Made by a program: the position numbers and the translations under genes
Source of the DNA: Candidatus Spongiisociaceae bacterium
Lineage (GTDB): Bacteria; Actinomycetota; Acidimicrobiia; Spongiisociales; Spongiisociaceae
Length of the DNA: 64,000 nt
Assembly (NCBI GenBank): GCA_965219685.1
Contig: CBDCOH010000002.1
Coordinates: forward strand, 2,656,001-2,720,000
Direction: 5' to 3'
Shown: positions 20,320-35,615 of the stretch, piece after piece
How the letters are laid out: every line of letters begins with the position of its first letter
How positions within the stretch are numbered: the stretch's first letter is position 1
Notes under the pieces: model-generated
What the model saw: the letters and a program-made list of their open reading frames with translations, nothing else
What the model was told of the DNA's origin: nothing
Databases searched by the model: none

Positions 20320-21599
20320 GATCCGCTCCCCAATGCCTGGTCGAGATCCCAGATTATGTCCTCTATGTTCTCCAGCCCGACTGAGATCCGGATCATGTCG
20401 GTCCCGACCCCTGCGGCGTCCCGTTCCTCGGGGGGTACCTGCTGGTGGGTGGTGCTGGCGGGATGGATCACCAGCGTCTTGGCGTCACCTACGTTGGCGA
20501 GGTGGCTGGCCAGCTCCACCCGTTTGATGAACGACACCCCCGCCTCGTACCCGCCGGCGATCCCGAAGGTGAACACCGCCCCCGGCCCGGCCGGCACGTA
20601 CTTGCGGGCCAGGTCGTAGGACCCGTGGGATGGAAGACCGGGGTAGGAGACCCATGAGATCCGTTGGTCGTTATCGAGGAACTCCGCCACCGCCTGGGCG
20701 TTGGCTACATGCCGTTCCATGCGTATCGAGAGCGTCTCCAGCCCCATCAGAAGCAGGAACGAACTGAACGGTGAAAGAACCGAGCCCACGTCACGAAGCA
20801 GTTCCATCCGGGCCTTCATCAGGTAGGCGTACTCCCTGAAGTTCTCCCAGAACCGGAGGTTGTGGTAGGCCGGCGATGGCTCGACGATGGCGGGGAAGCG
20901 CCCGTTGTCCCACGGGAACAGACCATTCTCGACGATGACCCCGGCGATCACGGTTCCATGCCCGCCGATGAACTTGGTAGCCGAATGCACCACGACGTCC
21001 GCCCCGTGCTCGATAGGGCGGCACAGGGCCGGCGAGGCGAAGGTGCTGTCGACGATCAACGGCAGGCCATAGGAATGGGCGAGGTCGGCGATGGCCTCGA
21101 TGTCCAGGATGTCGCCGCCCGGATTCCCGATCGTCTCGCCGTAGACCAACCGGGTCCGGTCGGTAATGGCAGCCTCGATCGCGTCCGTGTCGTTGGTGTC
21201 CACGAAGGTGGTGTCGATGCCCATGCGCCGCAGCGTCACGTCGAACTGGGTGAACGTCCCTCCGTACAGAGCACGGTTGGCGATTATGTGGTCACCCGCC
21301 TCGCATACGGTGAGTATCGAGAGCAACTGGGCAGACATACCCGAAGCGGTGGCGAGGCCGCCCAGCCCACCCTCGAGGGAGGCCATACGCTCCTCGAACG
21401 CGGCGTTGGTGGGGTTGCTGATGCGGGTGTAGATGTTGCCGAAACTCTGGAGCGCGAACAGGTCGGCCGCGTACTGCGGATCGTCGAACACGTAGGAGGT
21501 GGTCTGGTAGATGGGCATGGCGCGCGAACCTGTCTCCGGATCCGGCCTCTGGCCGGCGTGGATCGACCGCGTGTCGAAGCCGAACGTGTGCTTGCTCAT
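20316..21599 (-). CDS. metY: O-acetylhomoserine aminocarboxypropyltransferase (sulfhydrylase)
   Basis: PIYQTTSYVF, GNIYTRISNPT, HSATKFIGGHG, HLANVGDAKTLVIHPASTTHQQ. Confidence 0.93.
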   Translation of the reverse strand: MSKHTFGFDTRSIHAGQRPDPETGSRAMPIYQTTSYVFDDPQYAADLFALQSFGNIYTRISNPTNAAFEERMASLEGGLGGLATASGMSAQLLSILTVCEAGDHIIANRALYGGTFTQFDVTLRRMGIDTTFVDTNDTDAIEAAITDRTRLVYGETIGNPGGDILDIEAIADLAHSYGLPLIVDSTFASPALCRPIEHGADVVVHSATKFIGGHGTVIAGVIVENGLFPWDNGRFPAIVEPSPAYHNLRFWENFREYAYLMKARMELLRDVGSVLSPFSSFLLLMGLETLSIRMERHVANAQAVAEFLDNDQRISWVSYPGLPSHGSYDLARKYVPAGPGAVFTFGIAGGYEAGVSFIKRVELASHLANVGDAKTLVIHPASTTHQQVPPEERDAAGVGTDMIRISVGLENIEDIIWDLDQALGSGS

Positions 21600-21640
21600 G
21601 ACCACCTGCTCGTCGCGTGTCTGGAGGGAGTTCCCCATGG

Positions 21641-22810
21641 TCAACAGGGGAATCCCCATTCGGATTCCAGATGATACCGGAGATGAGGCTCGAAAAGGTG
21701 GGGTTCTAGCAGGAACGCGTCGTGGCCCTTCTCGGAGTGGACGGTGATCCAGTTGAAGGGGATCCCGGCCGCCTTCAGTTCCTCGGTCAGCTCCTCCTGC
21801 TCGCCCCGGTAGTAGCACACGTCCGAGTCGATCGAGAACACCAGGTACTCGTGGGAACCACCCGCCAGCATCTCGGGCATGGCGACCTCCCTCCGCGCGG
21901 CCTCGGCGTACAGGTCGAAGTCCTGCCAGGCCCACATGGTTCGCAGGTAGGCGTTGGCGTCGAAGCGCTTGACGAACTTCTGACCCTGGTGCCACATGTA
22001 GCTCTCGAGGGGAAGGCGAACCCGCTCGTCCTCACCGGGAGCCACTTCGTCCCTGGCCCGCTCCCTCATCTGGCCCAGCGAGACGAAGGTCTTGTGACCG
22101 ATCATCCGGGCGAGGGCCAGACCCTGGTTGGGCGGCGGACCTTCGTAGTAGTCGCCGCCGTTGAAGTTCGGGTCGTTGTATATAGCGTTGATCTGCTCGA
22201 AGTCGTGGATGATGTGCAGCGCGGTGGCGCGTAGCCCGGCCGCGATCGGCACTACGAAGCGGACCCGGTCCGGGTAGCGGGTGGCGACATCGAGGCACAT
22301 CATGCCTCCCACGCTTCCACCGACTACGGCGTGGAGGCGCTCGATCCCCAGTTCGTCGAGAAGCTCGAAATGCGCCCTCACGGTGTCCGCGGCCGACACG
22401 CGCGGGAAGGACCCGCCATAACGCTTGCCGGTGACCGGGTCGATACTTGCGGGACCGGTCGAGCCGTAGCAATGCCCGACCCAGTTGGCGCAGATCACCG
22501 CGAACTTGTCGGTGTTGAGCGAGCGGCGGGGGCCGATGAACGCATCCCACCAACCGAGCTGCATCTGCTCGGTCCATCGCCCATCGGTACCGGGAACGGA
22601 CGGGTTGTAGCCCGCGGCATGATGGCTTCCCGTGAGGGCGTGGAACAGGAGGATGGCGTTGTCCCGGGCCTCGTTCAGTTCCCCGTACACCTCGTAGGCG
22701 AGCGTGACCTCCGGCAGTGTCGCGCCGCTGTCGAAACAGAACGGCTCCTGCTTACTGCCGAACGTGAAGAATCGAGTTTCCACCTGGCCTACGCCGTCGC
22801 TCATGTCCAT
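21641..22810 (-). CDS. metX: Homoserine O-acetyltransferase
   Basis: HALTGSHHAAG, GWWD..IGP, GSTGP, GGSVGGM, RFDANAY, GHDAFLLE; start approximate. Confidence 0.92.
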   Translation of the reverse strand: MDMSDGVGQVETRFFTFGSKQEPFCFDSGATLPEVTLAYEVYGELNEARDNAILLFHALTGSHHAAGYNPSVPGTDGRWTEQMQLGWWDAFIGPRRSLNTDKFAVICANWVGHCYGSTGPASIDPVTGKRYGGSFPRVSAADTVRAHFELLDELGIERLHAVVGGSVGGMMCLDVATRYPDRVRFVVPIAAGLRATALHIIHDFEQINAIYNDPNFNGGDYYEGPPPNQGLALARMIGHKTFVSLGQMRERARDEVAPGEDERVRLPLESYMWHQGQKFVKRFDANAYLRTMWAWQDFDLYAEAARREVAMPEMLAGGSHEYLVFSIDSDVCYYRGEQEELTEELKAAGIPFNWITVHSEKGHDAFLLEPHLFEPHLRYHLESEWGFPC

Positions 22811-22949
22811 TCCAGAGTTGTAGACGCCGGTCCCAACGATATCAAGGAATCCGGGGTCCACGATCCGGCGATCCGGCGGCCGGGCGGATCCTGGATTCGT
22901 CATCGCCTGCCCGCGTTCTACGTCACGGTCGGCGAGTACGATCCGGGGG

Positions 22950-24737
22950 GTGGAGTACCAGGCGCTCTACCGCAAGTACCGACCCGGACGCTTCGATGAG
23001 GTCATAGGACAGGACCACGTCACCCACACCCTGGCGAGGGAGATCGTCGAGGGTCGGGTTGCCCACGCCTACCTGTTCGCCGGCCCCCGGGGAACGGGCA
23101 AGACGACCACTGCCCGGCTGGTCGCCAAGTCCCTCAACTGCCCGCATAGGGAGAAGCAGGGAGAGCCCTGCGGGACATGCGCCTCCTGCACGGCCGTAAC
23201 GGGTTCTTACTCGATGGACGTGATGGAGCTCGACGCGGCCTCCCACAACAAGGTCGAAGACGTCCGTGACCTGCGGGCGAGCGTGTCCACGGTCGCCTCG
23301 GTGGGAGGCGCCAAGCGGGTGTTCATCCTCGACGAGGCCCACATGCTCACCAAGTCGGCCAGCAATGCCCTGCTGAAGACGCTGGAAGAACCCCCCGACC
23401 ACGTTCATTTCGTGCTGGCCACCACGGAGCCCTACCGCCTGCTCGACACCATACGTTCCCGTAGCCAGCGATTCGACTTCCATCTGATCCCCACCGAGCT
23501 GATCGCCGAACACCTCAGACGGATATCCGGGGCGGAGGGGTACCGCGCATCGCCGGAGGCATTGCTGGAGGTGGCCAGGAGGGCGGCCGGATCTGTACGA
23601 GACGCGCTGAGCCTGCTCGAACAGGTGGCGGCCCTCGACGGATCGGTCACCCGCGAGGGCATCCGGGACGCGCTCGGCGTTGCCGGCCCGGACGCCATAC
23701 CGACCCTCGTGAAGGCGGTCATCGAGTCGGACGCCCGCCTCGCCCTCGAGTTGATCGCAGGCCTGGCCGCGAGCGGAGTGGACCTGCGACGGTTCGCCGG
23801 CGACGCCATGGGGTTCTTCCGCGGTGTCTTCCTGACCATGTACACCCCCAACGTTCAGGGCATCAGCGACGAGCCGGCCGAGGTATTGGAAGGATGGCGG
23901 GAAGCTTCGCGGAGGCTCCCGAGTTCCACCGCCATGCGCGCCATCGATCTCCTGGGCGAAGCCCTGGTAAGGCTGCGGGAGGGCCGCGAGGAGCGGATGA
24001 TGCTGGAGTTGGCGGTCTTGAAGCTGGTCCGCCCCGAACTGGATACCGACAGCGAAGCCCTCCTGAATCGTATCGAGAGGCTGGAGCGCCGTCTCTCCCG
24101 GGCTCAGCCTGCTCCGGAGCCGCCGTCTGCAGAGGCCCCGCCACCGCGGGCTGACGAGACCCTGCCGCGCCCTACACCTCGGGAGATGCCGACCCCGGAA
24201 CCGCCCGTTCAGGAGGTTGTGGCCGAAGAGCCGGCAATCGACGGCCCGCCCGGGGCCGGGGACCGGACGGCCGCGGCGGGCGCCGCGCCCCTACCTGACG
24301 CATCCGGTGGCACGACCGATGCGTCTCCGACCGCGGCCGAACTCGACCGTATCTGGCCGCAACTCGTAGCCGGCGTCAGGGATGAGATGGGCGTCGTCCG
24401 GGGGGCACTGTTCCGCGACGCCATACCCGGTGGCGTGGAGGGCTCCACGCTCGTGTTCACGATACCGGCCGGGCTCGACTTCCATCTCCAGAAGCTGTCA
24501 TCCGACCGCGGCCTCCACAGCTACCTGGCCGACCTCGCGGAGAGATTGCTGGGCAAGCGCGTGGAAGTGTCCTTCCGGGCAGCCGAGGACCGGACGCGCG
24601 GACCGGTACCGATCGCGGACCTGCCGATGGAGCCCTTGCCCGACAAGGAGTCCCTGCCGGAGGCGCCTCCCACCAGTACGGACGCGCTCTCGCTCCTCGA
24701 GAAGACCTTCGGGGCGACGGTGGTCGAAGAGGATTGA
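22950..24737 (+). CDS. dnaX: DNA polymerase III subunit gamma/tau
   Basis: YQALYRKYRP, GPRGTGKTT, Zn-binding Cys, ILDEAHML, LLKTLEEPP. Confidence 0.96.
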   Translation: MEYQALYRKYRPGRFDEVIGQDHVTHTLAREIVEGRVAHAYLFAGPRGTGKTTTARLVAKSLNCPHREKQGEPCGTCASCTAVTGSYSMDVMELDAASHNKVEDVRDLRASVSTVASVGGAKRVFILDEAHMLTKSASNALLKTLEEPPDHVHFVLATTEPYRLLDTIRSRSQRFDFHLIPTELIAEHLRRISGAEGYRASPEALLEVARRAAGSVRDALSLLEQVAALDGSVTREGIRDALGVAGPDAIPTLVKAVIESDARLALELIAGLAASGVDLRRFAGDAMGFFRGVFLTMYTPNVQGISDEPAEVLEGWREASRRLPSSTAMRAIDLLGEALVRLREGREERMMLELAVLKLVRPELDTDSEALLNRIERLERRLSRAQPAPEPPSAEAPPPRADETLPRPTPREMPTPEPPVQEVVAEEPAIDGPPGAGDRTAAAGAAPLPDASGGTTDASPTAAELDRIWPQLVAGVRDEMGVVRGALFRDAIPGGVEGSTLVFTIPAGLDFHLQKLSSDRGLHSYLADLAERLLGKRVEVSFRAAEDRTRGPVPIADLPMEPLPDKESLPEAPPTSTDALSLLEKTFGATVVEED

Positions 24738-24809
24738 GGGCCCGGTAGAAGGCCGCCCGGCACGGGTAATCACGGCCCTGACCCGACCCGCAGCTACGCT
24801 GGAAACCTG

Positions 24810-25403
24810 ATGTTCGAGAGGCCCGTACAGCGACTGATCGACGAGTTGACCAGGCTACCGGGAGTTGGCCGCAAATCGGCCCAGCGTCTTGCCTTCCACC
24901 TGCTCAACGTCGACGAAGCCGACGCACACTGCCTGGCGCAGGCAATCGTCGACCTGCGCGAGCAAACCACGTTCTGTTCCCGCTGCTACAACGTGACGTC
25001 CGGTGTCGAATGCTCCATCTGCGCGGATCCTCGCCGCGACCCTGCCGTGATATGCGTGGTCGAGCGGCCCCAGGACATCGCGGTGATAGAGCGGACCCGC
25101 GAGTTCAAGGGCCGGTACCACGTCCTGGGCGGGGCGCTGTCCCCCATCGACGGGGTCGGACCGGCCCAGCTACGGATAGAGGAACTCCGCAGCCGCATCC
25201 CGGCGGAGTCGATCACCGAGATGATCATCGCAACCAACCCGACCATCGAGGGAGACACCACCGCCATGTACCTGGCCCGCCGCTTCAAACCGCTCGGCGT
25301 AACGGTCACGCGTCCCGCCAGCGGCCTCCCGGTGGGGGGTGACATGGACTACGCGGACGAGATCACCCTCGGGCGGGCCCTCACGGGCCGGCGGGAACTC
25401 TGA
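24810..25403 (+). CDS. recR: Recombination mediator RecR
   Basis: [18 protein letters not shown]4 Zn finger, Toprim [12 protein letters not shown]. Confidence 0.96.
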   Translation: MFERPVQRLIDELTRLPGVGRKSAQRLAFHLLNVDEADAHCLAQAIVDLREQTTFCSRCYNVTSGVECSICADPRRDPAVICVVERPQDIAVIERTREFKGRYHVLGGALSPIDGVGPAQLRIEELRSRIPAESITEMIIATNPTIEGDTTAMYLARRFKPLGVTVTRPASGLPVGGDMDYADEITLGRALTGRREL

Positions 25404-25477
25404 GTGGTGAGTGGTGAATGGTGAATGGTGAATGGTGAATGGTGAATGGTGAATGGTGAATGGTGAATGGTGAATGG
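25401..25477 (+). repeat. Heptamer array (TGAGTGG)x2 (TGAATGG)x9 beginning with the recR stop codon
   Basis: 11 units read directly. Confidence 0.97.
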
Positions 25478-25507
25478 TACATTATACGTATAACTCTTCT
25501 CAACGGC

Positions 25508-25541
25508 TATCAGCACCAGCCACTAGCCACCAGCCACCAAG
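25508..25541 (+). repeat. Degenerate C/A-rich heptamer array (CACCAGC/CACTAGC) ending just before the dgt RBS
   Basis: tatcagc-accagcc-actagcc-accagcc-accaag. Confidence 0.8.
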
Positions 25542-25547
25542 GACACA

Positions 25548-26531
25548 ATGGACCAGTTGAAGCGAGTGGACCGGCGCGAGCGGGAGGGACGGGAGCGATG
25601 GGACCTCTCTCCGGCTGCCACCAGATCCGCCGGCTCCAAGGGGCGGGAAGAAGCGGAGGAACCGGATCCCCTTCGGACTGCTTTCGAACGGGACCGGGAC
25701 CGGATAGTGCATTGCAACGCCATCCGCCGCTTGGCGCGCAAGACCCAGGTGTTCGTCGACCCGGAGAACGACCACTTCGTGACCCGGCTGACCCACACGC
25801 TCCAGGTGGCCCAGATCGGGCGGGCGATGGCGGTCGCGCTCGGTCTCAACGAAGCGCTTACCGAGGCGATCTGCCTCGGACACGACATAGGTCATGCACC
25901 CTTCGGCCACACGGGGGAGGACGCCCTGGCGGAGATCGTCGAGGGCGGCTGGGTCCACTCTGACCACTCCGTCCGGATTCTGTCGGTCCTCGAGCCCTTG
26001 AACCTCACCTGGGAGGTGCGCGACGGCATCCGGGCCCATCCCTGGCGGGTCGAGCCCCCTCCCGCGACCCCGGAGGGATACCTGTGCCGGTTCGCGGACC
26101 GCATCGCGTACCTGAGCCACGACCTGATCGATGCCATGCGGGCGGACATCATCCGGTACCGGGATCTACCCTTCCGCTCCCAAGCGCTGCTCGGAGACCG
26201 GCACGGTCGCTGGGTCACCGCCATGGTCCACGCGGTGGTCGAACGGTCGGCGACAACCGGCACCGTTTCCATGGATCCGGACGTCGCTGAGGCCATGGCG
26301 GAGTTACGAGCGTTCATGTTCGAGCGGGTCTACCTTCGCTCGGAGGGCAGTGCGCACCGCCACCGCGCCATCAAGATCGTGCAGGACCTGGTGCGTCACT
26401 ACGAGACCCACCCGTCCGAGGTCCCCTCCACGGTTCCGGACGGACGCACCGCCCTGGAGCAGGCGGTCGACTACGTGGCGGGCATGACCGACCGCTTCGC
26501 CCTCCGCGCTCACTCGGAACGGTGCGGGTAG
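25548..26531 (+). CDS. dgt: dGTP triphosphohydrolase-like HD protein
   Basis: RTAFERDRDRI, KTQVF, TRLTHTL, GHDIGHAPFGHTGE, DYVAGMTDRFA. Confidence 0.9.
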   Translation: MDQLKRVDRREREGRERWDLSPAATRSAGSKGREEAEEPDPLRTAFERDRDRIVHCNAIRRLARKTQVFVDPENDHFVTRLTHTLQVAQIGRAMAVALGLNEALTEAICLGHDIGHAPFGHTGEDALAEIVEGGWVHSDHSVRILSVLEPLNLTWEVRDGIRAHPWRVEPPPATPEGYLCRFADRIAYLSHDLIDAMRADIIRYRDLPFRSQALLGDRHGRWVTAMVHAVVERSATTGTVSMDPDVAEAMAELRAFMFERVYLRSEGSAHRHRAIKIVQDLVRHYETHPSEVPSTVPDGRTALEQAVDYVAGMTDRFALRAHSERCG

Positions 26532-26646
26532 GGACCATTGGGCCTAACAGCGCCACCGATACCGATGAGTACCCTCCGCCCTTGACCATGAACCGGACAC
26601 GCGGCCCTGCTCCGGTGCGCCGATCCGACCCGCAGGAGGAGAGAGA

Positions 26647-27774
26647 ATGCTTGTCCCGGTGATCCTGGCCGGAGGCTCGGGAACCCGCCTGTGGCCGGCG
26701 TCGCGTCGCGAGTATCCCAAGCCCCTCCTCCGGCTGACCGGCAAGCGATCTCTGCTTCAGGAAACGGTACTCCGGGCGGCGGCGATCCCGGGTGCCAGCC
26801 CCCCGGTGATCGTGTGCGGCACTGCCCACTACCCGCCCGTCACCGACCAACTCGACGAGATCGGACGGAGCATCCACACAGCCATCCTGGAACCGGCCGG
26901 TCGCAGCACAGCGCCGGCCGCGGCCGCGGCCGCGCTGGTCGCCGACGAGGACGACATCCTGTTCGTGATGCCGGCCGACCACTTGATCGACGGTATGGAC
27001 GCCTTCCTCGGAGCCGTGCGCACGGCAGGCGACGCCGCCGGGGCCGGGTGGCTGGTGACCTTCGGGGTAACCCCCGACCGGCCCGAGACGGGCTACGGCT
27101 ACATCGAACGGGGAGAGGCGATCGAGAAACACCCCCGCGCGTTCCGGATCGCCTCCTTCCGTGAGAAACCTGACCTGGCCACGGCCCGGCGCTACATCGA
27201 CGGCGGCCGTCACTGGTGGAACAGCGGGATGTTCGTGTTCCGGGCCGGCGCCTACCTCGACGAGCTCCGGAACTCCAACCCCGACATGGTCCGCCTCGCA
27301 GATGCTTCGCTGGCGGGTTCCACGGAGCACTTGGGCTCGTTGGTCGAGCAGGGTGTGTACCGGTTGGACCCGGCTACGTTCGCTTCCTGCCCGGCCGACT
27401 CGATCGATCGTGCCGTCATGGAGCGGACCCGGCGTGGCGCCGTGGTCCCTCTCAGGGCCGACTGGAACGATGTGGGTTCATGGGCGGCTCTCTGGGACAT
27501 CGCAACCAAGGACGGATCCGGCAATGCGGTAACGGGTCCCGGCCACTTGCAGAACGTGTCGTCCAGCTACGTAGCGGCCGGTGACCGTCCCGTGGTGGTG
27601 ATCGGTCTCGAGAACGTGGTCGTGGTCGACGCCGGCGAGGCGGTACTGGTGGCCGGCCTGGACCACGCCCAGCAGGTCAAGCCCCCGCCGGAAGCGAACC
27701 AGACTGGTCCAGTCGGCCCTGTGTCGGCTGAACTCCGGCCGAGCCGAGACCCTCAACCGGATGGTCCGGCTTGA
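26647..27774 (+). CDS. manC: Mannose-1-phosphate guanylyltransferase (no C-terminal isomerase cupin)
   Basis: VILAGGSGTRLWPASR, EPAGRSTA, PETGYGYI, FREKPD, WNSGMF, WNDVGSW. Confidence 0.92.
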   Translation: MLVPVILAGGSGTRLWPASRREYPKPLLRLTGKRSLLQETVLRAAAIPGASPPVIVCGTAHYPPVTDQLDEIGRSIHTAILEPAGRSTAPAAAAAALVADEDDILFVMPADHLIDGMDAFLGAVRTAGDAAGAGWLVTFGVTPDRPETGYGYIERGEAIEKHPRAFRIASFREKPDLATARRYIDGGRHWWNSGMFVFRAGAYLDELRNSNPDMVRLADASLAGSTEHLGSLVEQGVYRLDPATFASCPADSIDRAVMERTRRGAVVPLRADWNDVGSWAALWDIATKDGSGNAVTGPGHLQNVSSSYVAAGDRPVVVIGLENVVVVDAGEAVLVAGLDHAQQVKPPPEANQTGPVGPVSAELRPSRDPQPDGPA

Positions 27775-27800
27775 TGATTAGTTCCTAGTCGGCAACCGGT

Positions 27801-31811
<4,011 letters not shown>

Positions 31812-31815
31812 TATT

Positions 31816-34800
31816 TCAACCTTCTTCCCTGCGCTCGGGGCGCGACAGATCTATTCCGAGTGACTCCGCCGTGCGATAGAGGTCCTCGTCCAGATCCCTG
31901 AACTGGATCTCCTCACCCGCCGACAGCAACTCGACGTTGAGACACAGACTCTGCATCTCCTTTATGAGCACTTTGAAAGACTCCGGGACACCGGGCTCGG
32001 GAATGTTGTCCCCCTTGACAATGGACTCGTATACCTTCACCCGGCCCAGCACGTCATCGGACTTGATGGTCAACAACTCCTGCAGCGCATAGGCGGCTCC
32101 GTAGGCTTCCAAGGCCCATACCTCCATCTCTCCGAACCGCTGTCCCCCGAACTGAGCCTTCCCTCCCAGGGGCTGCTGGGTGATCATCGAATACGGACCC
32201 GTCGAACGGGCGTGGAGCTTGTCGTCGACCAGGTGAACCAGCTTGAGTATGTAGAGGTAGCCGACGGTTATGGGTGTATCGAAGGCCAGTCCGGTGCGGC
32301 CGTCGTACAGGATCGCCTTCCCGTCGTTGTCTATGAGACGGTCTCCGTCCCGGTTGGGCAGGCTGTTGGCGATGACCTTGGCGATCTCGTCCTCGCGGGC
32401 TCCGTCGAATACCGGGGTCGCGACGCGGGACCAGGGAGGCATCCCGGCGGAGATCGGGCCGTCCGCGTTGAAACGCCTCCAACCCTGGGCGGCGGCCCAC
32501 CCAAGGTGGGTCTCGAGTACCTGTCCCAGATTCATGCGGGAGGGAACACCCAGAGGCGAGAGGACGATGTCGACGGGTGTTCCGTCGGGGAGGAAGGGCA
32601 TGTCCTCCTCGGGCAGGATCTTCGCGATCACACCCTTGTTCCCGTGACGGCCGGCCAGCTTGTCCCCCTCGGAGATCTTGCGCTGGCTGGCCACGTACAC
32701 CCGCACCAGGTCGTTCACGCCGGGGGGCAGGTCGTCGTATCCCTCGGAGCGCCGGAACACCTTCACGTCGATCACCTTGCCGGTCTCTCCATGAGGAACC
32801 TTGAGGGAGGAATCACGCACCTCGCGTGCCTTCTCCCCGAAGATGGCCCGCAGAAGCCGCTCCTCGGGGGTCATCTCCGTCTCCCCCTTGGGGGTCACCT
32901 TCCCGACCAGGTAGTCGCCAGGGCCGACGTCGGCTCCAACGCGGATGATCCCCTCGTCGTCCAGGTCCCTGAGGACCTCTTCGGCGACGTTCGGGATGTC
33001 GCGGGTGATCTCCTCCGCCCCCAGCTTGGTGTCACGTGCATCGATCTCGTGCTCCTCGATATGGATCGATGTCAGCACGTCCTGTTTGACCAGGCGCTCG
33101 CTCAGCACGATGGCATCCTCGAAGTTATGACCCTTCCAGGGCATGAAGGCCGCCAGCAGGTTCTTGCCGAGCGCCAGTTCGCCGGCGTCGGTGGATGGCC
33201 CGTCGGCGATGACGGTGCCATTGGCGACCTGTTCTCCGATCACCACCAGCGGCTTCTGGTTGATCGACGTACCCTGATTGGAACGTTCGAACTTCCGCAA
33301 TGGGAAGCGGTGGGGCTCCCCGGTGGCGGACTCGACCACGACGATCTCGTCTCCCGTGACCGAGGTCACCACGCCGTCGATCCCGCAGATGATCAGATCA
33401 CCGGAGTCCTGGGCGGCTCTGGCCTCGACCCCGGTACCTACAAGGGGGGCTTCGGTCCGGAGTAGCGGGACGGCCTGGCGTTGCATGTTGGAGCCCATCA
33501 GCGCCCGGTTGGCGTCGTCGTGCTCCAGGAACGGTATGAGCGAGGTGGCGACCGAGACGATCTGCTTGGGGGATACGTCCATGTAGTCCACATCCTGGGG
33601 GCGGACCCGGTCGATGTCACCTCCGGCCCTGCGAACGAGCACCCGATCCCGGACGAAGGAGCCGTCGGGATTGAGAGCCGCGTTGGCTTGGGCTATAACG
33701 TACCGCTCCTCCTCGGATGCGGTCAGGTAGGTGATCGAATTGGTCACGCTGCCGTCCTCGACCTTCCGGTACGGAGTCTCGATGAAGCCAAAACGGTTGA
33801 CCCGGGCGTAGCTTGCGAGCGAGCCGATCAAGCCGATGTTCGGTCCCTCGGGAGTTTCGATCGGGCACATACGACCGTAGTGGGAAGGGTGGACGTCCCT
33901 CACCTCGAAGCCCGCCCGCTCCCGCGAGACCCCTCCCGGCCCGAGGGCTGACAACCGGCGCCGGTGGGTGAGGCCGGCCAGGGGGTTGGGCTGGTCCATG
34001 AACTGGCTGAGCTGACTGGACCCGAAGAACTCCTTGATCGAACCGACCACCGGCCGGATGTTGATGAGACTCTGCGGTGTGATGGAGTCGGGGTCCTGGG
34101 TGGTCATCCGCTCCCGGACCTGCCTCTCCATGCGGTTGAGCCCTACCCTGATCTGGTTCTGGACCAACTCGCCGACGGTGCGGACCCGCCGGTTCCCGAA
34201 ATGGTCCGTGTCGTCGGTCCGCACCGGTACGTCGTGACCGAGGGCGGTGGTCATGAGTTCCTTGCCCTCGTAAAGGTGGACCATGTACCGGATCGTGTCG
34301 ATCAGGTCGTCGTCGGCGAGCAATCCGTTGTCGGAGGCATGACCGTCGGGATTCTGGAACTTCTGGTTCACCTTGTAGCGCCCGACGTGGGTGAGGTCAT
34401 AGCGCTTCGGGTTCCTGAAAACGGACTGGATGAGACCGCGGGCCGACTCCACCGTGGTCGGCTCGCCAGGACGTTGCTTCCGGTACAGATCGAGCAGGGC
34501 CTCCTCCGGATCCTTGACCGGATCCCGCTCGAGGGTGTTGCGGATAACCTCGGCCCCGTCGAAAATCTCGATTATCTGCTCGTCCGTGTCCGCGACGCCG
34601 AGCGCCCGGATGAAGGCGGTCACGTACTGGCGGCGCTTGCGGTCCACCCTGACCCCGGCGGTATCCCGCTTGTCGATGTCGAACTGCATCCAAGCACCTT
34701 GCCCCGGGATGATCTTGGCGCCGAAGATGTCCTTGTCGGAGGTCTTGTCGATGGACTGATCGAAGTAGACACCGGGCGAGCGCACCAACTGGCTCACCAC

Positions 34801-35184
34801 CACCCGCTCCGTCCCGTTGATGATGAAGGTCCCGTTGCGGGTCATCATCGGAAAGTCGCCCAGGAACACTCTCTGCTCCTTGATCTCCCCGGTACCGCGG
34901 TTCACGAACCGGGCGATCACATGGAGAGGCTTGGAGTAACTGGTATCCCGCTCCTTGGCCTCCTCAACCGTCATCAGGGGCTCGCCGAAGTAGTGATCGC
35001 TCAAGTCCAAGGCAAGCGATCCGGAGAAGTCCTCGATAGGCGACAGCCGCTCGAAGATACGGCTCAGACCCTCCTCCAGAAACCACGAGAAGGACTCCTT
35101 CTGGACCGCGATCAGATCAGGCAACTCCAGCACTTCGGGGATCTTGGAGAACGACAGGCGCTCGTCGGCGTGAACTATGACCAA
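31816..35184 (-). CDS. rpoB: RNA polymerase beta subunit
   Basis: [54 protein letters not shown]. Confidence 0.98.
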   Translation of the reverse strand: MVIVHADERLSFSKIPEVLELPDLIAVQKESFSWFLEEGLSRIFERLSPIEDFSGSLALDLSDHYFGEPLMTVEEAKERDTSYSKPLHVIARFVNRGTGEIKEQRVFLGDFPMMTRNGTFIINGTERVVVSQLVRSPGVYFDQSIDKTSDKDIFGAKIIPGQGAWMQFDIDKRDTAGVRVDRKRRQYVTAFIRALGVADTDEQIIEIFDGAEVIRNTLERDPVKDPEEALLDLYRKQRPGEPTTVESARGLIQSVFRNPKRYDLTHVGRYKVNQKFQNPDGHASDNGLLADDDLIDTIRYMVHLYEGKELMTTALGHDVPVRTDDTDHFGNRRVRTVGELVQNQIRVGLNRMERQVRERMTTQDPDSITPQSLINIRPVVGSIKEFFGSSQLSQFMDQPNPLAGLTHRRRLSALGPGGVSRERAGFEVRDVHPSHYGRMCPIETPEGPNIGLIGSLASYARVNRFGFIETPYRKVEDGSVTNSITYLTASEEERYVIAQANAALNPDGSFVRDRVLVRRAGGDIDRVRPQDVDYMDVSPKQIVSVATSLIPFLEHDDANRALMGSNMQRQAVPLLRTEAPLVGTGVEARAAQDSGDLIICGIDGVVTSVTGDEIVVVESATGEPHRFPLRKFERSNQGTSINQKPLVVIGEQVANGTVIADGPSTDAGELALGKNLLAAFMPWKGHNFEDAIVLSERLVKQDVLTSIHIEEHEIDARDTKLGAEEITRDIPNVAEEVLRDLDDEGIIRVGADVGPGDYLVGKVTPKGETEMTPEERLLRAIFGEKAREVRDSSLKVPHGETGKVIDVKVFRRSEGYDDLPPGVNDLVRVYVASQRKISEGDKLAGRHGNKGVIAKILPEEDMPFLPDGTPVDIVLSPLGVPSRMNLGQVLETHLGWAAAQGWRRFNADGPISAGMPPWSRVATPVFDGAREDEIAKVIANSLPNRDGDRLIDNDGKAILYDGRTGLAFDTPITVGYLYILKLVHLVDDKLHARSTGPYSMITQQPLGGKAQFGGQRFGEMEVWALEAYGAAYALQELLTIKSDDVLGRVKVYESIVKGDNIPEPGVPESFKVLIKEMQSLCLNVELLSAGEEIQFRDLDEDLYRTAESLGIDLSRPERREEG

Positions 35185-35481
35185 AGCTTCCTCCTAGAGA
35201 ACTACCCGACCGGACCCGACCCGGTCTCTACGATGCACCCGGTCCCGAGTCCTTTCGCACTCCGACCGCCCTTGGCACAGACTGTTTCGCTCCGTCTTCG
35301 TCGGGGCTGACCCACCCCTGCTTCGGCGGCAACCGCCCTGGCAAGTGGAACGGCTTCACACACGGCAAAAGGCAGGATAGCGCGCGGCTAACCTGCCCTA
35401 CCGGGCTGAAGTGCGATTCAACTGGTATCGACGGACTCCCGTTGCATTTTCCTCCGGGCAAAACCGTCCACTTCTCGTCTG

Positions 35482-35510
35482 ATGCTAGAGGCGATGGCGA
35501 AGCCAGTCAA
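35482..35510 (-). promoter_or_regulatory. Putative housekeeping-sigma promoter upstream of rpoB
   Basis: TTGACT-17 nt-TAGCAT on the minus strand. Confidence 0.55.
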
Positions 35511-35574
35511 GCACTGATCAGGAGCCAGTGGTCGGCATCGCCAAGCGTACGAATGATACAAATCGTCACGATCC

Positions 35575-35615
35575 ACTAGCAACTAGCAACTAGCAACTAG
35601 CAACTAGCAACTAGC
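35575..35615 (-). repeat. Heptamer array (TAGTTGC) x about 6 beginning with the rplL stop codon
   Basis: ACTAGCA repeats on the + strand. Confidence 0.95.

Noticed and set aside
22811-22949. SAM riboswitch upstream of metX
   Set aside because: No recognisable SAM-I or SAM-IV core by eye; only short CGATCCGG repeats; needs an Rfam scan
24737-24810. Missing ybaB/ebfC between dnaX and recR
   Set aside because: Ordinary gene-order variation with no scar visible
25401-25477. Heptamer and 16-bp arrays as CRISPR
   Set aside because: No unique spacers, units too short, no cas genes
33940-34030. Rifampicin-resistance substitutions in RpoB
   Set aside because: Key Q, D, H and S residues of the cluster are wild type; QPNP lies at a variable position
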